64,000 nucleotides of DNA from Podarcis pityusensis (Eukaryota), in NCBI GenBank assembly GCA_964106645.2, contig OZ067043.1. One strand, 5' to 3'. Both the position numbers and the translations under genes were made by a program. The notes beneath the pieces are model-generated. The model searched no databases. It was not told the origin of the DNA and was given only the letters and a program-made list of their open reading frames with translations. Below are positions 24,007 to 38,089 of this stretch, piece by piece; within the stretch, counting starts at the first letter, position 1, and every line of letters begins with the position of its first letter.

Positions 24007-24176
24007 GCGGTCCGGGAAGTGGAAAGGGAACCCAGAGTCTGAAAATAGCTGAACGCTATGGATTTGAGTACATATCTGTTGGTGAATTGTTAAGAAAGAA
24101 GATCCACAACACAAGTAGTAATCGAAAGTGGAGCCTGATTGCCAAGATAATTACCACTGGAGAGTTAGCCCCACAG
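24007..24176 (+). CDS. AK5: AK5 coding exon 4; P-loop GGPGSGKGT and start of the NMP-binding region
   Basis: Acceptor taatag|GC, donor CAG|gtacaa, 170 nt. Encodes GGPGSGKGTQSLKIAERYGFEYISVGELLRKKIHNTSSNRKWSLIAKIITTGELAPQ, containing the adenylate kinase Walker A motif. Confidence 0.97.
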
Positions 24177-24290
24177 GTACAAACATGGCAATGGCATGTT
24201 ACTCGCTTTGGCAAGATTTTTGTATGCATTCTTAATATATACTATTAACAAACTAATAAACCTTCTTGTGCTTGTTTTTCACCCTGCAAG

Positions 24291-24404
24291 GAAACAACCA
24301 TCACTGAGATAAAGCAGAGATTAATGCAGATTCCTGATGAAGAGGGTATTGTTATTGATGGATTTCCAAGAGATGTTGCTCAGGCTCTTTCCTTTGAGGA
24401 CCAA
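24291..24404 (+). CDS. AK5: AK5 coding exon 5 (ETTITEIKQRLMQIPDEEGIVIDGFPRDVAQALSFEDQ)
   Basis: Acceptor ctgcaag|GAA, donor CAA|gtaaga, 114 nt. Contains the adenylate kinase signature DGFPR. The preceding intron is only 114 nt. Confidence 0.97.
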
Positions 24405-25539
24405 GTAAGATATTTGTTATTCAAGACACCTTAACAAGTTTAAAGAAAAATATGATAAGCTCTTTTTGTTAAGAAGCTGAATGCCAGAAAGACTAAATAT
24501 TACTCTTTTCAGATCAGTAGGCATTGCCCCAAATTCTTTGTAAATGCTTGATTATATGAAGATCAAAGGTTGTTTTCTTGACATACATTTTGGGAGTATC
24601 ATGATCCCATGCTCTTCAAAACAACCAGAATTCTGTCATGTATCGAACAATGACAGCACTTTCTTTCCTATATAATTAAATGGCTCCAAAGGGAAGAAAA
24701 AGATCCTATTTAACAAATCGTATTTTTCATACATTCCTGATTTTAAAAGCAAAGAGAAAAGGTTATTCCTTAATGGCACATTTTCAGTGCTCATTAGGAA
24801 GAGCACAATTTCATCAGCATATTTTTTTCACACAGAGAGGCAGCCTCAAGGTTATTATGGGCTTCTGAACTAGAATACAGCATTCATACAATAGCTTTTG
24901 TAAGACAAACGTGTTAGGTAATAGTACACCTTTTATTGAATTAGTTTTTTGTGTGATCTCAAATTTCGCTTTAACTCAGTTTACTTTGCTATTAAATTTT
25001 TATTGTGCTTGAAAAAGATGTCTTGTGAAACTTTCTTGTCTTATTACTTAAGATGCCGATTAATAGTTATTGAAAGTGATTTGTACTGCAGGACATATTG
25101 ACTAGAGAACATCTTTGTACAAGCTGCTTTTGCAGGGAAAATGACTAATTCATGTGTAGAACAGATTCTTCAGAGTTTGTCCTTATTTTGAGCTCATCGG
25201 GATTCAATTCTGACATTTCATATTCTTGACCAAAAGCTACCCCAAAATACATTTTGAGAAATACAGTTGTTTAGTAGGATGCTTCATTAATTTATATGAA
25301 AGCAAGCCAAGTGATGAAAATCCTGTGTTTTGAATTGATTTCACATTGCCAGATACGGAAACAACCAATATGACGTTTGGTTAAAGACACAAGCAAAGGT
25401 TACATTTCAAAAGTGCATTGTCTGGGAGTTTTACCAAATTCTGACTAACCTCTGGAATGAGAAAATACAATTGCTCCAGAGCACCCTCTCCTACTTATGA
25501 TGGCTAGACCAACAGTGCAGGAATACTTGTGATGAGTCA

Positions 25540-26070
25540 GATGGAACATAGATTAGAACTCATCTTATGAACCACACCATAGCAGCAATGGTGCTTTGGC
25601 ACCATTGTGTCCATGCAGAATTGGTTAGCAGACCTATTCTGAGTGGCAATGGGCATTCTACACTTTGCTCCTTGTATTAAAGTGGAAGATCTTTCAGTGG
25701 CCCACTGTGATGAATTTGCAAAGCACTTTGGTGAAACAAGTGATTGTGTCTGTTTTGAACTGGATTTCATGTTGAACGTACCTTTCAAAGCTGCTTGTCG
25801 GCTGTTATCAATAGCTTTTAGTTTGTGAAGTCCTAAAGATGTTGACAAAATCATAGAAGGTGTAAGGCCCATCACTTTTGAGCTTGATGGTTGCCATGCT
25901 GGGTGGGATTAGGGTGACCAGAGACTCTGCTAACTTCCCGGAAGGCCTCAGATGTGGTGCTTGATTATTTATGTTGAACATACAGTATTGTTTTTTCAAT
26001 GTATGGTGCTCCACAAGGTTCCATCTTATACTTTATTCTATTTAACATCTATATAAAAGCGCTGGAAGAA
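25540..26070 (+). mobile_element. L2-clade LINE fragments
   Basis: CDEFAKHF motif shared with the copy near 13130, and a GSILxxxLFNIYI-type RT remnant at ~26015-26060. Confidence 0.65.
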
Positions 26071-28009
26071 GGTATTTGGATTATATTTGTTTTCGAGGAT
26101 TGCTTTGTTTGAAAGTTGTTATGAAAATCATTGGTGAGGAGGTTGTGTGTTTTAGTCTCCTTGCCCTTTTGCTAAAGTTGAGGATGTGCTTAACTCATCT
26201 ATCTGCTTAGCTGTTTGTCTCAGTAATTTGTCACTCAGACTGAGACACCTCCCCTCAGCTTCCTCATGTTCATAGATCCCAGTCAGACATGACTTTTTTG
26301 AAAGGCACCTATGCAATCAACCTTACTCTTGTAATGTAGGTGCAGCATAGTCTTCAACAGCAATTCATTTATTAAGCAAACAAACAAACCACTTGATTTT
26401 TAAAAATCTCCATAAAGTGTCCAGGTAAAAGCATAGAAGACATGTCCAAAGCTATAAGTCAGTTAAAAACAAACTTACATTGAAGAATCATACCTAAATA
26501 CAAATATAAAATCTGTAAGCATTAAAACAAATATAAATAAGTGCTGTTTTTATTTTATTAATGGTAGTGCCATGGATAAGTGGTGCACAAATAAACAGTA
26601 AACATGAATCTTAATAAACTGAAACAGAAATAGGCTGGCATCATAAAAATAAATATCATAGATCTAAACAGGCAGCAGAAAGCAAAATAAAGCATTTTAT
26701 GTTCCCCATGTATGTTATTATGTGACACACAATACTTCTGTAATATCTATAGAGCACCTAAGCAGCTAGTTAATTGAAAAAGACCTTTGGATTCTTGGAA
26801 CAGTTTTGATTAATATATAATTTCTCAAATACTGAATTTTGATTTGCCCTTTCTTCAAAAGCATTAGGTAAACAAACACTTACCTCTCCAGCATAACACA
26901 TTTCAGAGAGTTAGCAAATATTAGGAAGCTCTTTAAATTCGAAATGCATGTTGGAAAATGCTGAGAAAGAGGTCTGGCTTAACATTTACCTGTCATCCAG
27001 GCTGAAAGTCAGTGAATCACCTGCAAGACTAGCATATTAAATACCATCCTCTGCTCCAGTGAGGCCCTCTTCAATGTCAGCCAAGCATTCTCAAGCGGAT
27101 GTGGGCTGACTATAGTTTAATAGCACTTTTCTTCAAATGTTCTTACTCCACCCCACCCCACCCCATTCCTGTGTTACATTCATCCATTGGAACGAGTGTA
27201 AAAGTCTGTATATCATAATGGGCTTGAACTTATTTACTGCTGCTATAGTTATCTTATATAAATGTGAGTGCAAAGGACAGAGGGCCTATTGTAAACCAAA
27301 CAGCAGTAGTTACTTATAAAATGATAAATTTTAGGACTAATAAGGAGAAATAAACAATCTGTTGCCCAGTTTTCTAGGCAACACTGTAATAGAAAATATT
27401 GACAAAACCACAAGCCAGAGCATACTCCAATCTCCTAGTTCAGCTCCCCGAGGAGAGGCAAGCTGCTTTGACCACTCTAACATATCATCTCACATCATTT
27501 TTATTACCTTCCCACTTCTATGAACACATGGAGTTTCTATATCAGCAACTTTCCCTGTTCACCTCAATGACATAAGACAGCTGCAAGCTTATATTCTTTA
27601 ATGCATGTAGACTGCTCTATTCACTGTAGTGAACAAGGAAACCTTAGTAGGCAGTTTTTACCACAACCCACACATGCAGGGGATCATTGACTAGGGCATA
27701 TGTCTGCATGAGTGGGAATGAGCAGAGTTTTCCCCATGCCATATATCCTGTTGGGGCAAGACTCTGTATTTACAATAAAATGAATACCAGTTATGTAGGC
27801 AAACTACAGGGAAGTCATGGCTTCTTATATTTATTCAAGACAGCTATCAGCCTCTCTCTTCCCTGTTGGCAGCTAATCAGAGAAATTAATATTCCATGTC
27901 TGGATGGATTCACAAATTCATATCAACTGATTTATCAGTTGATGACTGCAGTATCAAGTCTTGACTTCCAGGCAGGAAAGATCTAACATAGATCAAGCAT
28001 CCTAGATTT

Positions 28010-28240
28010 GAACGTAAGAGTTGTCCTGGATCAGACCAGTGGCCATCAGGTCCAGCAGTTTGTTCCCAAACTGGCCAACCAAATATCTGTGGGACCCTCA
28101 CAATCAGGGCATGAGTGTAGTAGCGCTCCACCACTAATGATCCCCAACAACTGGTATTCACAGGCATATTGCCTCTGATATTTGAGACAACATGTAGCCA
28201 TCATGACTAGTAGTCATTGGTTGCCTTCTCTTCCATGACC
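28010..28240 (-). mobile_element. CR1 LINE 3' end
   Basis: AACGTAAGAG...CTGGATCAGACCAGTGGCCATC...TCCAGCA, a typical reverse-strand CR1 3' UTR. Confidence 0.65.
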
Positions 28241-29013
28241 TTTCATATGATCTCACACCATCTCCATTAATCATTTTCAGTGGAAATATTAACATATTCA
28301 GCTCACAGTTAACAAGTGCAGAGTAATCAAATCCAGCGATGTATATGCAAAGATGAACTGATCCAGTTTGTTTGTAAGATAAACCAGAATGTCCACTTTG
28401 AGGATGGATTGTCATTTCATTCCCCCACATTTTATTAGCGGATATTATTTTTCTGGTCTGGCCCTTCTGAATAGGAGTAGTAGTAGTTTCCTGAGTAGGA
28501 GTAGTTTCCTTAAAATGTATTTATTATGCATTAATGACATTTATATACCACCCTGTAATTCTCTTGGTGGCTTATAATAAAGATTCTCTGAGTTGCTTAC
28601 ATTAAGGGCTGTGGGCTATCCACCTGTTTCTAAATTCCTCATCCAGCTTTGAAACCAGTGGGAGTTTTAAAGTTTAACTAATTAGAAGTAATTGGTTGCA
28701 CATAGAACATATAACTTACATAATTGCTAAGTATCACTACAATAAGCAATTAGGAGGAGCCTGGAAGCTTCTGTCTCCATGTTTTATTAAGCATAGTTTA
28801 GCACTATGTCTAAAACACTAAGTAGTGGTTCATCTTAACTAAGGTTTATTGAAGGAAGACAGAACCATGGTGTGAAGTTGGCTTGTTTAAAGCATGGCTA
28901 AGGCTATCCACAGTTTATCCTGCTTTGGGTGCAGGACTAAATTTTGATTAATCAAAAACTGAAGCAAACACTTCTGAATTCTTCCAACCATGCTCAAGGC
29001 TCAAGGTTTAGCA

Positions 29014-29149
29014 CAAGCATAGACAAATTCGGCTCTCCAGATGTTTTGGGACTACAACTCCCATCATTCCTAGTTAACAGGACCAGTGGTCAGGGATGAT
29101 GGGAGTTGTAGTCCCAAAACATCTGGAGGGCTGAGTTTGCCTATGCCTC
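29014..29149. mobile_element. Palindromic hAT MITE (136 bp)
   Basis: Almost fully self-complementary (CCAGATGTTTTGGGACTACAACTCCCATCAT arms). 8-bp TSD GTTTAGCA / ATTTAGCA. Older relatives near 18010, 30090, 36810, 39110 and 52640. Confidence 0.9.
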
Positions 29150-32100
29150 ATTTAGCAAGTCTCCCACTGTGTATCATATTGTAAACATGCAGAAGCTCCA
29201 ACAGCTATAGTTATCCCTTTCATTGTTTTAGCTGTTCGTTCTTTGGATTGTCATTTGATTCACCAAAGGAAAATGTCTGTTTGAAATACTGAAGACATTA
29301 AGCTTATTTTAAAACGAAACAGTGACTAAGAAGGGCTTTATATATATATGGAGGGAAAAGTGATTCAGTGGTGCATTGAATGGTAACCTGTGCTGTGTGA
29401 ATACAAAATAGATTCTAATTTTTGCAGTGACTCCATTAATGTCACTGTTACATGCAGAATAGGAATATAAATGATCATTTATACTTGCCTAAGGAAATTT
29501 ACTACAGCATGGTAGTCATTATAATTTCTTCTTTGTAAGGAATCTCCTTCCCAGAAAGGGCAATGATATCTTAAATGCAGAGGTAAAACAGAAAATGCCT
29601 TAGAAAGAAATGGAGTTCCATCTTTTGCCACACACAAAGTGTGCTTTCTTTTATTTATGCTAGCTAAGGCATAGTGAGGGCTTCAAGGACATACATCTCG
29701 GAAGGTGGAGCACAGCAATTCACTATGGATGTACTGTGATCTGAGAATAATGTACAGGTGATACATCTGTAGGGCTATGTATGGAAAATGTTTTGTGCCA
29801 TTCATTTTTGTGTAAATGTGAAGCTACCATGTGGGCATTGCAAGCATAGCCTTTCTTTTTAAAAAGAATTTGCAGTTGTGGCATCTAAAAGAAGGAGCCT
29901 TAATTCAGTTCCATTTTAGCTTGATGGCAAAGAGTCATTTTGGAGCAGCATCTCTGCAGGTGCCTTTCTGCAGCATACATATCTTTGGTCCTGTACCACA
30001 GTGGGCTAATCTGTGGTGGGGTGGTGAATGCAGGGCCCGGCTTTGCAGCAATATGTCAGACTACATGACCTGCAGCATTGATGGGCAACCTGTGACCCTC
30101 CAGATTTTGCTGGATTACAATTTACATCATCCCTGACCAGAACTGACCATGGTAGCTGGGCTTTTGGAAGTTTGGCTACAACAGTCACAGCTTCCCCAAC
30201 CCAGCTGTATGGTCCTGTGAAAAATAAGGACTACCCTGTCAAATAAGCAGCAAAATTATCAATATGAACATCTTTTTCAGATATAAAAATGCCGGGCCTT
30301 TTAATTGTTCTTTGGAAGACCATTTATTGCTGCTAGTTTTATCTGCTATTTTACTTCTTTTGACCTTTTGTAGTATTTTATTGTTACAATTATTTTCTTA
30401 TTGTTTGCTGTGCTCTTTGTCAACATAACTATCCCCAGGGCACCTCACACTAATGCATGTTATTTGTAAAATAAATAAAAAGTCTGAAGTCAAATTGCAG
30501 TTATAAAGCAAGAGTGGGATACAAAATGTATCTATAAACTCCTACTCCAGATAGCTAGCAGCCTATCTATATACAGATTCAGGAAACGTGGCTGACCTTA
30601 TCACTACTTCCTTCCTATGCAGATTTTTTTTCTTAATGTGCATAGGTTATTTGAGAAGCAGCCAAGACACTAAAACAATTCCAGCTTACAAATAGTTTAA
30701 ATCCAAACTATATTAATAATGTTGCTTGTGTCAAGACTCTGGAGTGACCAGGACACCATACTGGGGACTGGAATGAATTTCCTGATCTGAGCCTGTTGCT
30801 GGCGATCAGGGGTCCACTGAACCTGAAGCTGGCAGGTCTGTCTGAGACTCATAGAACCAGAGCCAAGGCTGTCTTGGATGCATTGTTCTGAGCCCCAGGA
30901 ACTGCAACTCTAGTCCAACAGTGCAAAGGGCCATGGGGCACAGAAGTGCCAGAGCGTTGGTTGGCCCTTTAAGAATTTCCAGTTCTTCAAAAGGGGCAGA
31001 GCATAGAAGCCGTATAGCAAGTCATTAGTAGTGCTGTGAGCAACACCCTGCTTTGCCCCATGGGTGCCTTCACAGAGCCAGAGCAGAACAACCCTACCCC
31101 TTTTGCTGCAGTCCATGCAGCCTGCCCCTTCTCCAGAGAATATTAGCACTGTTGTGTAGCATATTCTCATTTTTCTAGTAATTCCTGCGTGCACCAAACT
31201 TCAGTTTTGTACAGGTTCTAAAAACACCTTAACAGCTTTGTGTGATGTCCAAGTGTCTTATTTCCTATTCGTTCCTATTCATCTATCAGTCTGTGTCACA
31301 CAAAAATAAATACATAGCAAGTTTTGTCTTGATGGTTTCTACTCAAGAATGAAATGCCCTGCTGTTTATTCTCCGTAGTGTTCTCAGAGGTTTTCCTGTA
31401 TGCATTATCAAAGTAAGCTTTAGGCCTGCTGTACAAAAATTATTAAGAATTCCCATTGATTTTGCCTGCTAAACTGAGAACAAAGGACATGATTGAAGGG
31501 GGAAAGGGTTACAAAAAGCAGTCAAATCAGATTAAAACAGTTCTTCTTAACGTCCCATGAATACTTTATATTCAATAGGGAATGAATCGATGATACTCTG
31601 AAAGTGCTTAACAAACATTAATGGATTTGGATGAATCATGAGCCGTGACAACTTTCTTGCTCAGCTCCCTAGGGAATTATTGTTCCTTTCACAACTGAAG
31701 GAAGTGAAAATGTGTCAAAGAATCCCAAGTTTTATGATGCTCTGTAACATAGGTTATATTTATTTTGGGAGTTACCAGCTTTATATTATAGTAATTGAAT
31801 CACCTTTTCATAGGATTTAAGACTCTCCAGCTCAAGCCTGTGAATGAAAATCAAATGTTAGCTATCTCAAAATACACATTTCTGCATCGTTTCGAACAGA
31901 ATTAACACTTTGCAGGTATAATTCATGGAGACACACACGACTTGGAAAGCTGCACATTACACTATTGCAACCAGAATAAGGCTGTGTATCCATTACCAGC
32001 ATAAAATGCAGCTAGATTGTTCCTTTTTCTCAGTTTGGATCAAAACTGGTTTGGGGAAAGGGGCATCAAAACCCATTATTTCTTAAGAAACAACAGGATA

Positions 32101-32314
32101 GATATGGAGTGTGGCTAACGTTTTGTGTACACTGATTCCCAAACCAGTGATGGGAGCGATCTGGATGGGAGAGTAAATAGGAGTTCTGTCAGACCTACCA
32201 CACATAAATAAGGCTGTAACAATGGCTGTGTGACCTGTTCTCCTGTAATGGACACAGATGAGAAACTTCTTGGGCAGGCATCTCATATTGTGTTGTCACA
32301 ATGTTTGGCCATTC

Positions 32315-32350
32315 AATAATAATAATAATAATATAATAATAACAATCATA

Positions 32351-32381
<31 letters not shown>

Positions 32382-32470
32382 TATTTATACCCCATATATA
32401 TATTTATACCTGGGTTTCCCCAGCCATTCTGGGCGGCTCCCAACAGAATTAAAAGCACAATAAAACATTG
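32315..32470 (-). mobile_element. (AAT)n microsatellite attached to an L2-type 3' end
   Basis: (AAT)n at 32315-32381, then TTTATACC...CCCCAGCCATTCTGGGCGGCT. The same 3' end recurs at ~44630-44770. Confidence 0.65.
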
Positions 32471-33221
32471 TGGCACTCCTTCTGATCGTGACCTCTTATT
32501 GGACCATTTGAAGCTATCCTGTTTGGCGGGAAGAATGCCCCTCAATCCTGCTGGGTGTGAACATGTTCTGGCTGCCGAGGATGAAGGCAGAGCACGAGGG
32601 GCCGCAACCATCACCCCACCCCTGTGGAAGCAGTGAGCGGCCATTCTAGGCCAGCTTTTTCTTGAGTTACTGGCCCCGCAGCTGGTCCCGCAGCCAAGAA
32701 GATAACCTAACCAAGCCTTTTGACCTTCCATATTTAAAATCTATTTTCATTCTCAGAGCCTCCCCTTTCTTTTGAAATATCTAACAAAGTGGCTTGATGT
32801 GTGGATGGTCCTGAATCCACCCACCACTCATGCACTATTAGTACATCAGTGACAAGTTGCAGAATGCATCCACGAAAACACACGTCCAGAGGGGCCCTTT
32901 CTGGATTAAATCTTAGGATCAAAGATGTTTACTAAAGGCTTGTTTACTAACTCCTTTGATTCCCTTCTGTATTGGTTTTGTGTTGGCTTCTGTGCTGTTA
33001 CTGTTCCTGGTATATAATGATAGGAACCCACACATACTGTTAATTAATCTGAAACTGCAGGATGGCCATTTTTTGAAGTGCTTTGTTATGTCTAATTAGG
33101 GCTGTGTACACATTACTGGCTTAAAACACAGCAAGGTCATTCTTTATCTCAATTTGGATTAAAGTTGGTTTTAGGAAAAATTAATCAAAATGGAGTATTT
33201 CATAAGAAACAGTAGGATAGG

Positions 33222-33690
33222 TTTTATTTATTTTATTTATCTATAAATATTTTTATTTGTTGCTTTTAAAATGAACTCAAAGCAACTTACAAAAGCAAAG
33301 ATTAAAAATAGATATAAAACAAGAATAAGAACAACCTAAAATGCTCACACTACTGTGCACAGCAAATCTAGTTCAACCCCACTCCACTAAAAATACGCAG
33401 ATAATTAAACTCCATAGGCCTGGGTAGATACAAATATTTTAACCTGGCAGCTAAAAACATACTGTTCATGCCAATCACACCTCCCTGGGGATGGTATTCC
33501 AAAACTGGGAAGTCACAACCTAGAAGTCCTCTTCTAGAGGAGCCACCCTCCATACCTCCTCACAGAAGATGAAGATAAAGAACATTGGGTCCAGGTTGGT
33601 TCATGTGGGGAGAAGTGGTCCTTGAGATATTGGGGTCCTGAACTGCATGAGACTTTGTAGGTCAAAACCAGCATTTGGAATCAAGCCTGA
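33222..33690 (-). mobile_element. L2-clade LINE 3' fragment
   Basis: (TTTA)n tail and a body similar to the copy at 12321-12600. Confidence 0.6.
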
Positions 33691-34892
33691 AGAAACCAAC
33701 AATATTTATAAACTTCTATAAATTTCTGGTCAAACTTCTGTTTCCTCTGTTCAGGTGCTACTTATGTAGCCAAAACATTGCCATCCATTCCACAAGAAGA
33801 AGGTATCAGTAAACTCCCAGAGATCTGCAGAAGTACAAAAAATGTTTCAAAAAATATATACAGTATAAGAGTTTGGGTTGTTTCATGCCTCCAGGCATTC
33901 TGTTACAAGCATAAAATAGAGGGAATGAATGTGTATATGTATACACACTCACACACCAAGCTGTATAAATTTACGCAGGCTGATATATATAAGCTGTAGA
34001 TAGGGAATAAGGCTGCACGAGGAGGCAGTGTATATGTGATACAGACTTCTATTGAGTTAATTGTACACGTCAATTCTGAATGTGTTCCCCTTTGTAATAT
34101 TAAATAACTTATGCCAGCAATCCACCCCCTTTTTAAACACTTCCTTTCCAAATGCTAATAACATTGACATTGCTCTCCATAGGACATCCTCTGTGCCATA
34201 TCCTCATCTTCCCAATTAAACAATGTGAACTAAATTGGGGGAGGAGGACAGTTCAGGATGTTTTAATTATGTAGTTAACTAGGTTGTCCTGTCCCCTGCC
34301 ATGTACACTTTAACCGTCAGGCAAATTATGTGCGACAGCTGCCATATTAATAGTTTCAAAGAAAATAATTACTCCCATCATAGACAGTGAAAAGTAAATA
34401 TCTGTCTTAAGACTTTAACACAACAATTATGCTGGTAAAAGAATAACAGTTAAATTAGGGTTGTTTATGTCAGCTATGTATTATTATGAAGAAACTTTAT
34501 TATTGAGAACAGGAGTGTCATAGTCAATGATGGATGCCTTTTTGTTTAAGTGACAAGATCACATTTCTGAAGCTTTATGGGTGTTCCGATCTACCTCTTC
34601 CTTGGGTGCTGGTCACGGTGAATATTAATTTGTGTGCACATAGGCAACAAGTGGTATAATGTCCTATGGTTTCCTTACCAGCTGGTACTCAATTTACATG
34701 AGAAAAAAGGCTCTTTAATTGAAAAAAGAAAGAAATTGATTTAGAAAATTAACTTCTTTTTATATATATAAAGAAGTTACAGATCTGGAATTTTCTGCCA
34801 TGTTATAGCAGTACACTATGGGCGTGGGGCAGAGAGAGAAAAGGACACTCTTCTGTCTCCTTGCTCCCACTGTATATCCTACAGTACTAATT

Positions 34893-35327
34893 GTTGTTGT
34901 TTAGTCATTTAGTCGTGTCCGACTCTTCGTGACCCCATGGACCAGAGCATGCCAGGCACTCCTGTCTTCCACTGCCTCCCGCAGTTTGGTCAAACTCATG
35001 TTGGTAGCTTCAAGAACACTGTCCAACCATCTCATCCTCTGTCGTCCCCTTCTCCTTGTGCCCTCCATCTTTCCCAACATCAGGGTCTTTTCCAGGGAGT
35101 TTTCTCTTCTCATGAGGTGGCCAAAGTATTGGAGCCTCAGCTTCAGAATCTGTCCTTCCAGTGAGCACTCAGGGCTGATTTCCTTAAGAATGGATGCGTT
35201 TGATCTTCTTGCAGTCCATGGGACTCCCAAGAGTCTCCTCCAGCACCAGAATTCAAAAGCATCAATTCTTTGGCGATCAGCCTTCTTTATGGTCCAGCTT
35301 TCACTTCCATACATCACTACTGGGAAA
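34893..35327 (-). mobile_element. 5'-truncated Bov-B (RTE clade) LINE in intron 5
   Basis: Uninterrupted ORF2 end MYGSESWTIKKADRQRIDAFEFWCWRRLL...KSRTRLND, (CAA)n tail, and a 12-bp TSD ACAGTACTAATT (34881-34892 and 35328-35339). Confidence 0.94.
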
Positions 35328-35588
35328 ACAGTACTAATTTATAAGTCCTAAATACTTGGAATTGCTGAGGGGAATGACTCCAGTTAAGAATGTTATAAGT
35401 AGCAGACAGCAACAGCATACTTTCACGTGAGAAAATACTGAGGTTTTCAGGGTTCACAACTAGTTCTTAGACATGCTCAGTTCTTGTTGTCCTTTTCTCA
35501 CAGAAATGAAACAATGACTCTCCAGAAGCTAATGTGAACCAGTCTACTAATTTTAATATTTAATTCATTTGGCATATTATCTCCACAG

Positions 35589-35780
35589 ATCTGCACCCCA
35601 GATTTGGTGGTGTTTTTGTCCTGTTCAAATCAGCGGCTGAAAGAGCGGTTAATGAAGCGTGCAGAGCAGCAGGGGAGACCCGACGATAACCTCAAAGCTA
35701 CGCAGAGACGCCTAACGAATTTCAAGCAGAACACGGTTCCATTGGTCAAATATTTCCAGGAAAGGGGACTGATCATGACT
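35589..35780 (+). CDS. AK5: AK5 coding exon 6 (ICTPDLVVFLSCSNQRLKERLMKRAEQQGRPDDNLKATQRRLTNFKQNTVPLVKYFQERGLIMT)
   Basis: Acceptor ccacag|ATC, donor ACT|gtaagt, 192 nt. Short-LID motif RLxxR...GRxDD. Confidence 0.97.
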
Positions 35781-38089
35781 GTAAGTCTTCAGTCAATGTA
35801 TATGCTTGGTAGACAAATCGTAACTGTTGTTGAATTCCATGTAAGTAGAGGCATAGCATTATAGCCAATGTAATGTTAGGTCTATTAATTTCAGGACTGT
35901 GTTGATTAAATACCACGGCACATATTCAAAAATAAGCCTTTAAAAATGCTTCTTTCTCTCTCTCTAAAAAAAAAAAAGACACATAGACTTGCGCCTTTTA
36001 TCTTACATTTGGAGACTTTTAAGATTTTCATTCATTTACAGAAGTATGTATCTTTCCATTTCAAATATAGGTAGCCTGGGTTTTGTAATTCTTTGTCTAT
36101 CCTAGATAACTGATAAGGTTCCATATAGTGTAGAGCTATTCTGATGCTCTTTCTGTAGGTATAGATATGCACATTCATAAAATATTATTAGAAGTTTGTC
36201 TTTAGAAATGATTTCCCACCTTTGGGGAAAATATATCAGTATATTTCTGAAGCTACCTGTGGCTATTTTGCATTCTAAAATAGCTATTGGGTGAAAATAA
36301 CATTAAAATTTCTGGGAACATGTAGAGTGGCACTCTGTATTGGTTGGCTCAGAACTATAAAGTTTTGCCATTGATTCACGTGTAGTTTCTCTGCTCAGAG
36401 TTGGAGAAAGTGGTGAGGTTTGTTTCAAGGCAACAATGTCATTTATTTGAAAAACCCTTGGGAAAATGAGTCTTCAAAATCTCAGAAAAACTTTCCATGC
36501 TATGCCAGGGCTAGTGATTCATCAGTTCTTCACTAGTATAAACGAACAGCATTTCTGTTGAGTCACTCAGGATGCATACTAAAGTGGCCCAGATAGCTCT
36601 TGCTAACATTTCTGAGATGAACTCTGCTTTCAAAGTAAAGTGACATCTATGTACCTTTTTTCAATATAAAAGTATACTGCAATGAAGTATACAGTTAGGG
36701 CTGTGATCCCACACACTTACCTCAGTAAGTTTCATTGAACTCAGTAGCACTTGCTTCTGCATTGGATTGCATAGTTAGCATGTTTAACTCTGTCAGCCAA
36801 GAATACCCAATGTTCCCCATATGTTGATGGACTTCGAATTTATGTAATCTCTGGCCATTGGCCATACTGGCTGGACCTGATTGGAGTTGGTGTCCAAAAT
36901 CTAAAAGGCCACAGTTTCCTACCCCTTTCATTGTAAACATATATAATATTATGGAGTAACTCCTATTGATTTTTAAAAAGTGATTTCTTATGTTGGCTGT
37001 GGATGAAGTAATAATTTTATGTAAGTTTCAGGCTTCCTTAAAAATCTTTGTGAAGACTCTTTGTCAGAGCCATTCATCTGATAAATATTTCTGCAGATTT
37101 TGGAAGTATTAGTACTCAATGAATTTCACTTGTGGCTCCATCAAAGCCACCATCTTAACATTTACAAAAGTCCACTTAAGGGCACTTTACATTTATGACT
37201 ATACCAGGGGATTGTGTGTAATACCAATTTTATTATGTATGCGTAAACGTTAGGAGCCCACAATTGGCATTGGGTTTCCAACTCTCATACATATATATGA
37301 TATTTACACATGTACATCAATGATATGTTTGACATAGGTTAAATTGCATATATGAACTGTCACATATCAATCAACAAATGGTATGAACTGTAAGGCTTGG
37401 GAATGTCATAGTCATAAGACTATTGGATTTCTAGAAAAGTAATGTATGGCAAAAAGCCCACAACTTGGATCCTAAATTTTCATGAACAGGGTATAAAACA
37501 GTCCATTTTCACTTCTTCTTTTTTGGCATTGTACTTGAAAGGGTTATATAGCTTATCTAACTAATGTAACATCTGCTTGCCATTGTAATACAGTAGTTTC
37601 CTGCAACAATTAGGGTATTATCAACTACAGCCAGAAGGTTGAGAAAAAAAGAATCATCAGGTCTTTACAAGCTACTACTTCATACTTGGCAGCTAAAGCT
37701 TCTCAAGCAAGAGAGAAACTGTAGCCATAATGTAGGACTTATTTAATTAGAATATTTGTGTGAGAAATTAAAGGAAACAGGAAAGAAAGAATAATGTTGA
37801 TCTAGTGTGTGAAAAGAGTCTGGCTTGCAGATAAGTAACTTCCGTTTAGTTAATGCACAACAATTCTTAATTATTATTTTTTAAAGAAACTTTAGCATTG
37901 TACAGCAAGCAACTAAACTTAGCTCAGGGAAATATTATTTGGGAAATAAGGTGGTTGCATGACAGTTTTAGAAGGATTTAAAGCAGGGAGCACTATCTTC
38001 TGGGCAAAAGTATGCCCTGAAATATTTGTGCTCTGACATAGTGCAGTGGGGGATGACTTGTGTAACTGGGGCTTCTGTGATGGGGGCGA

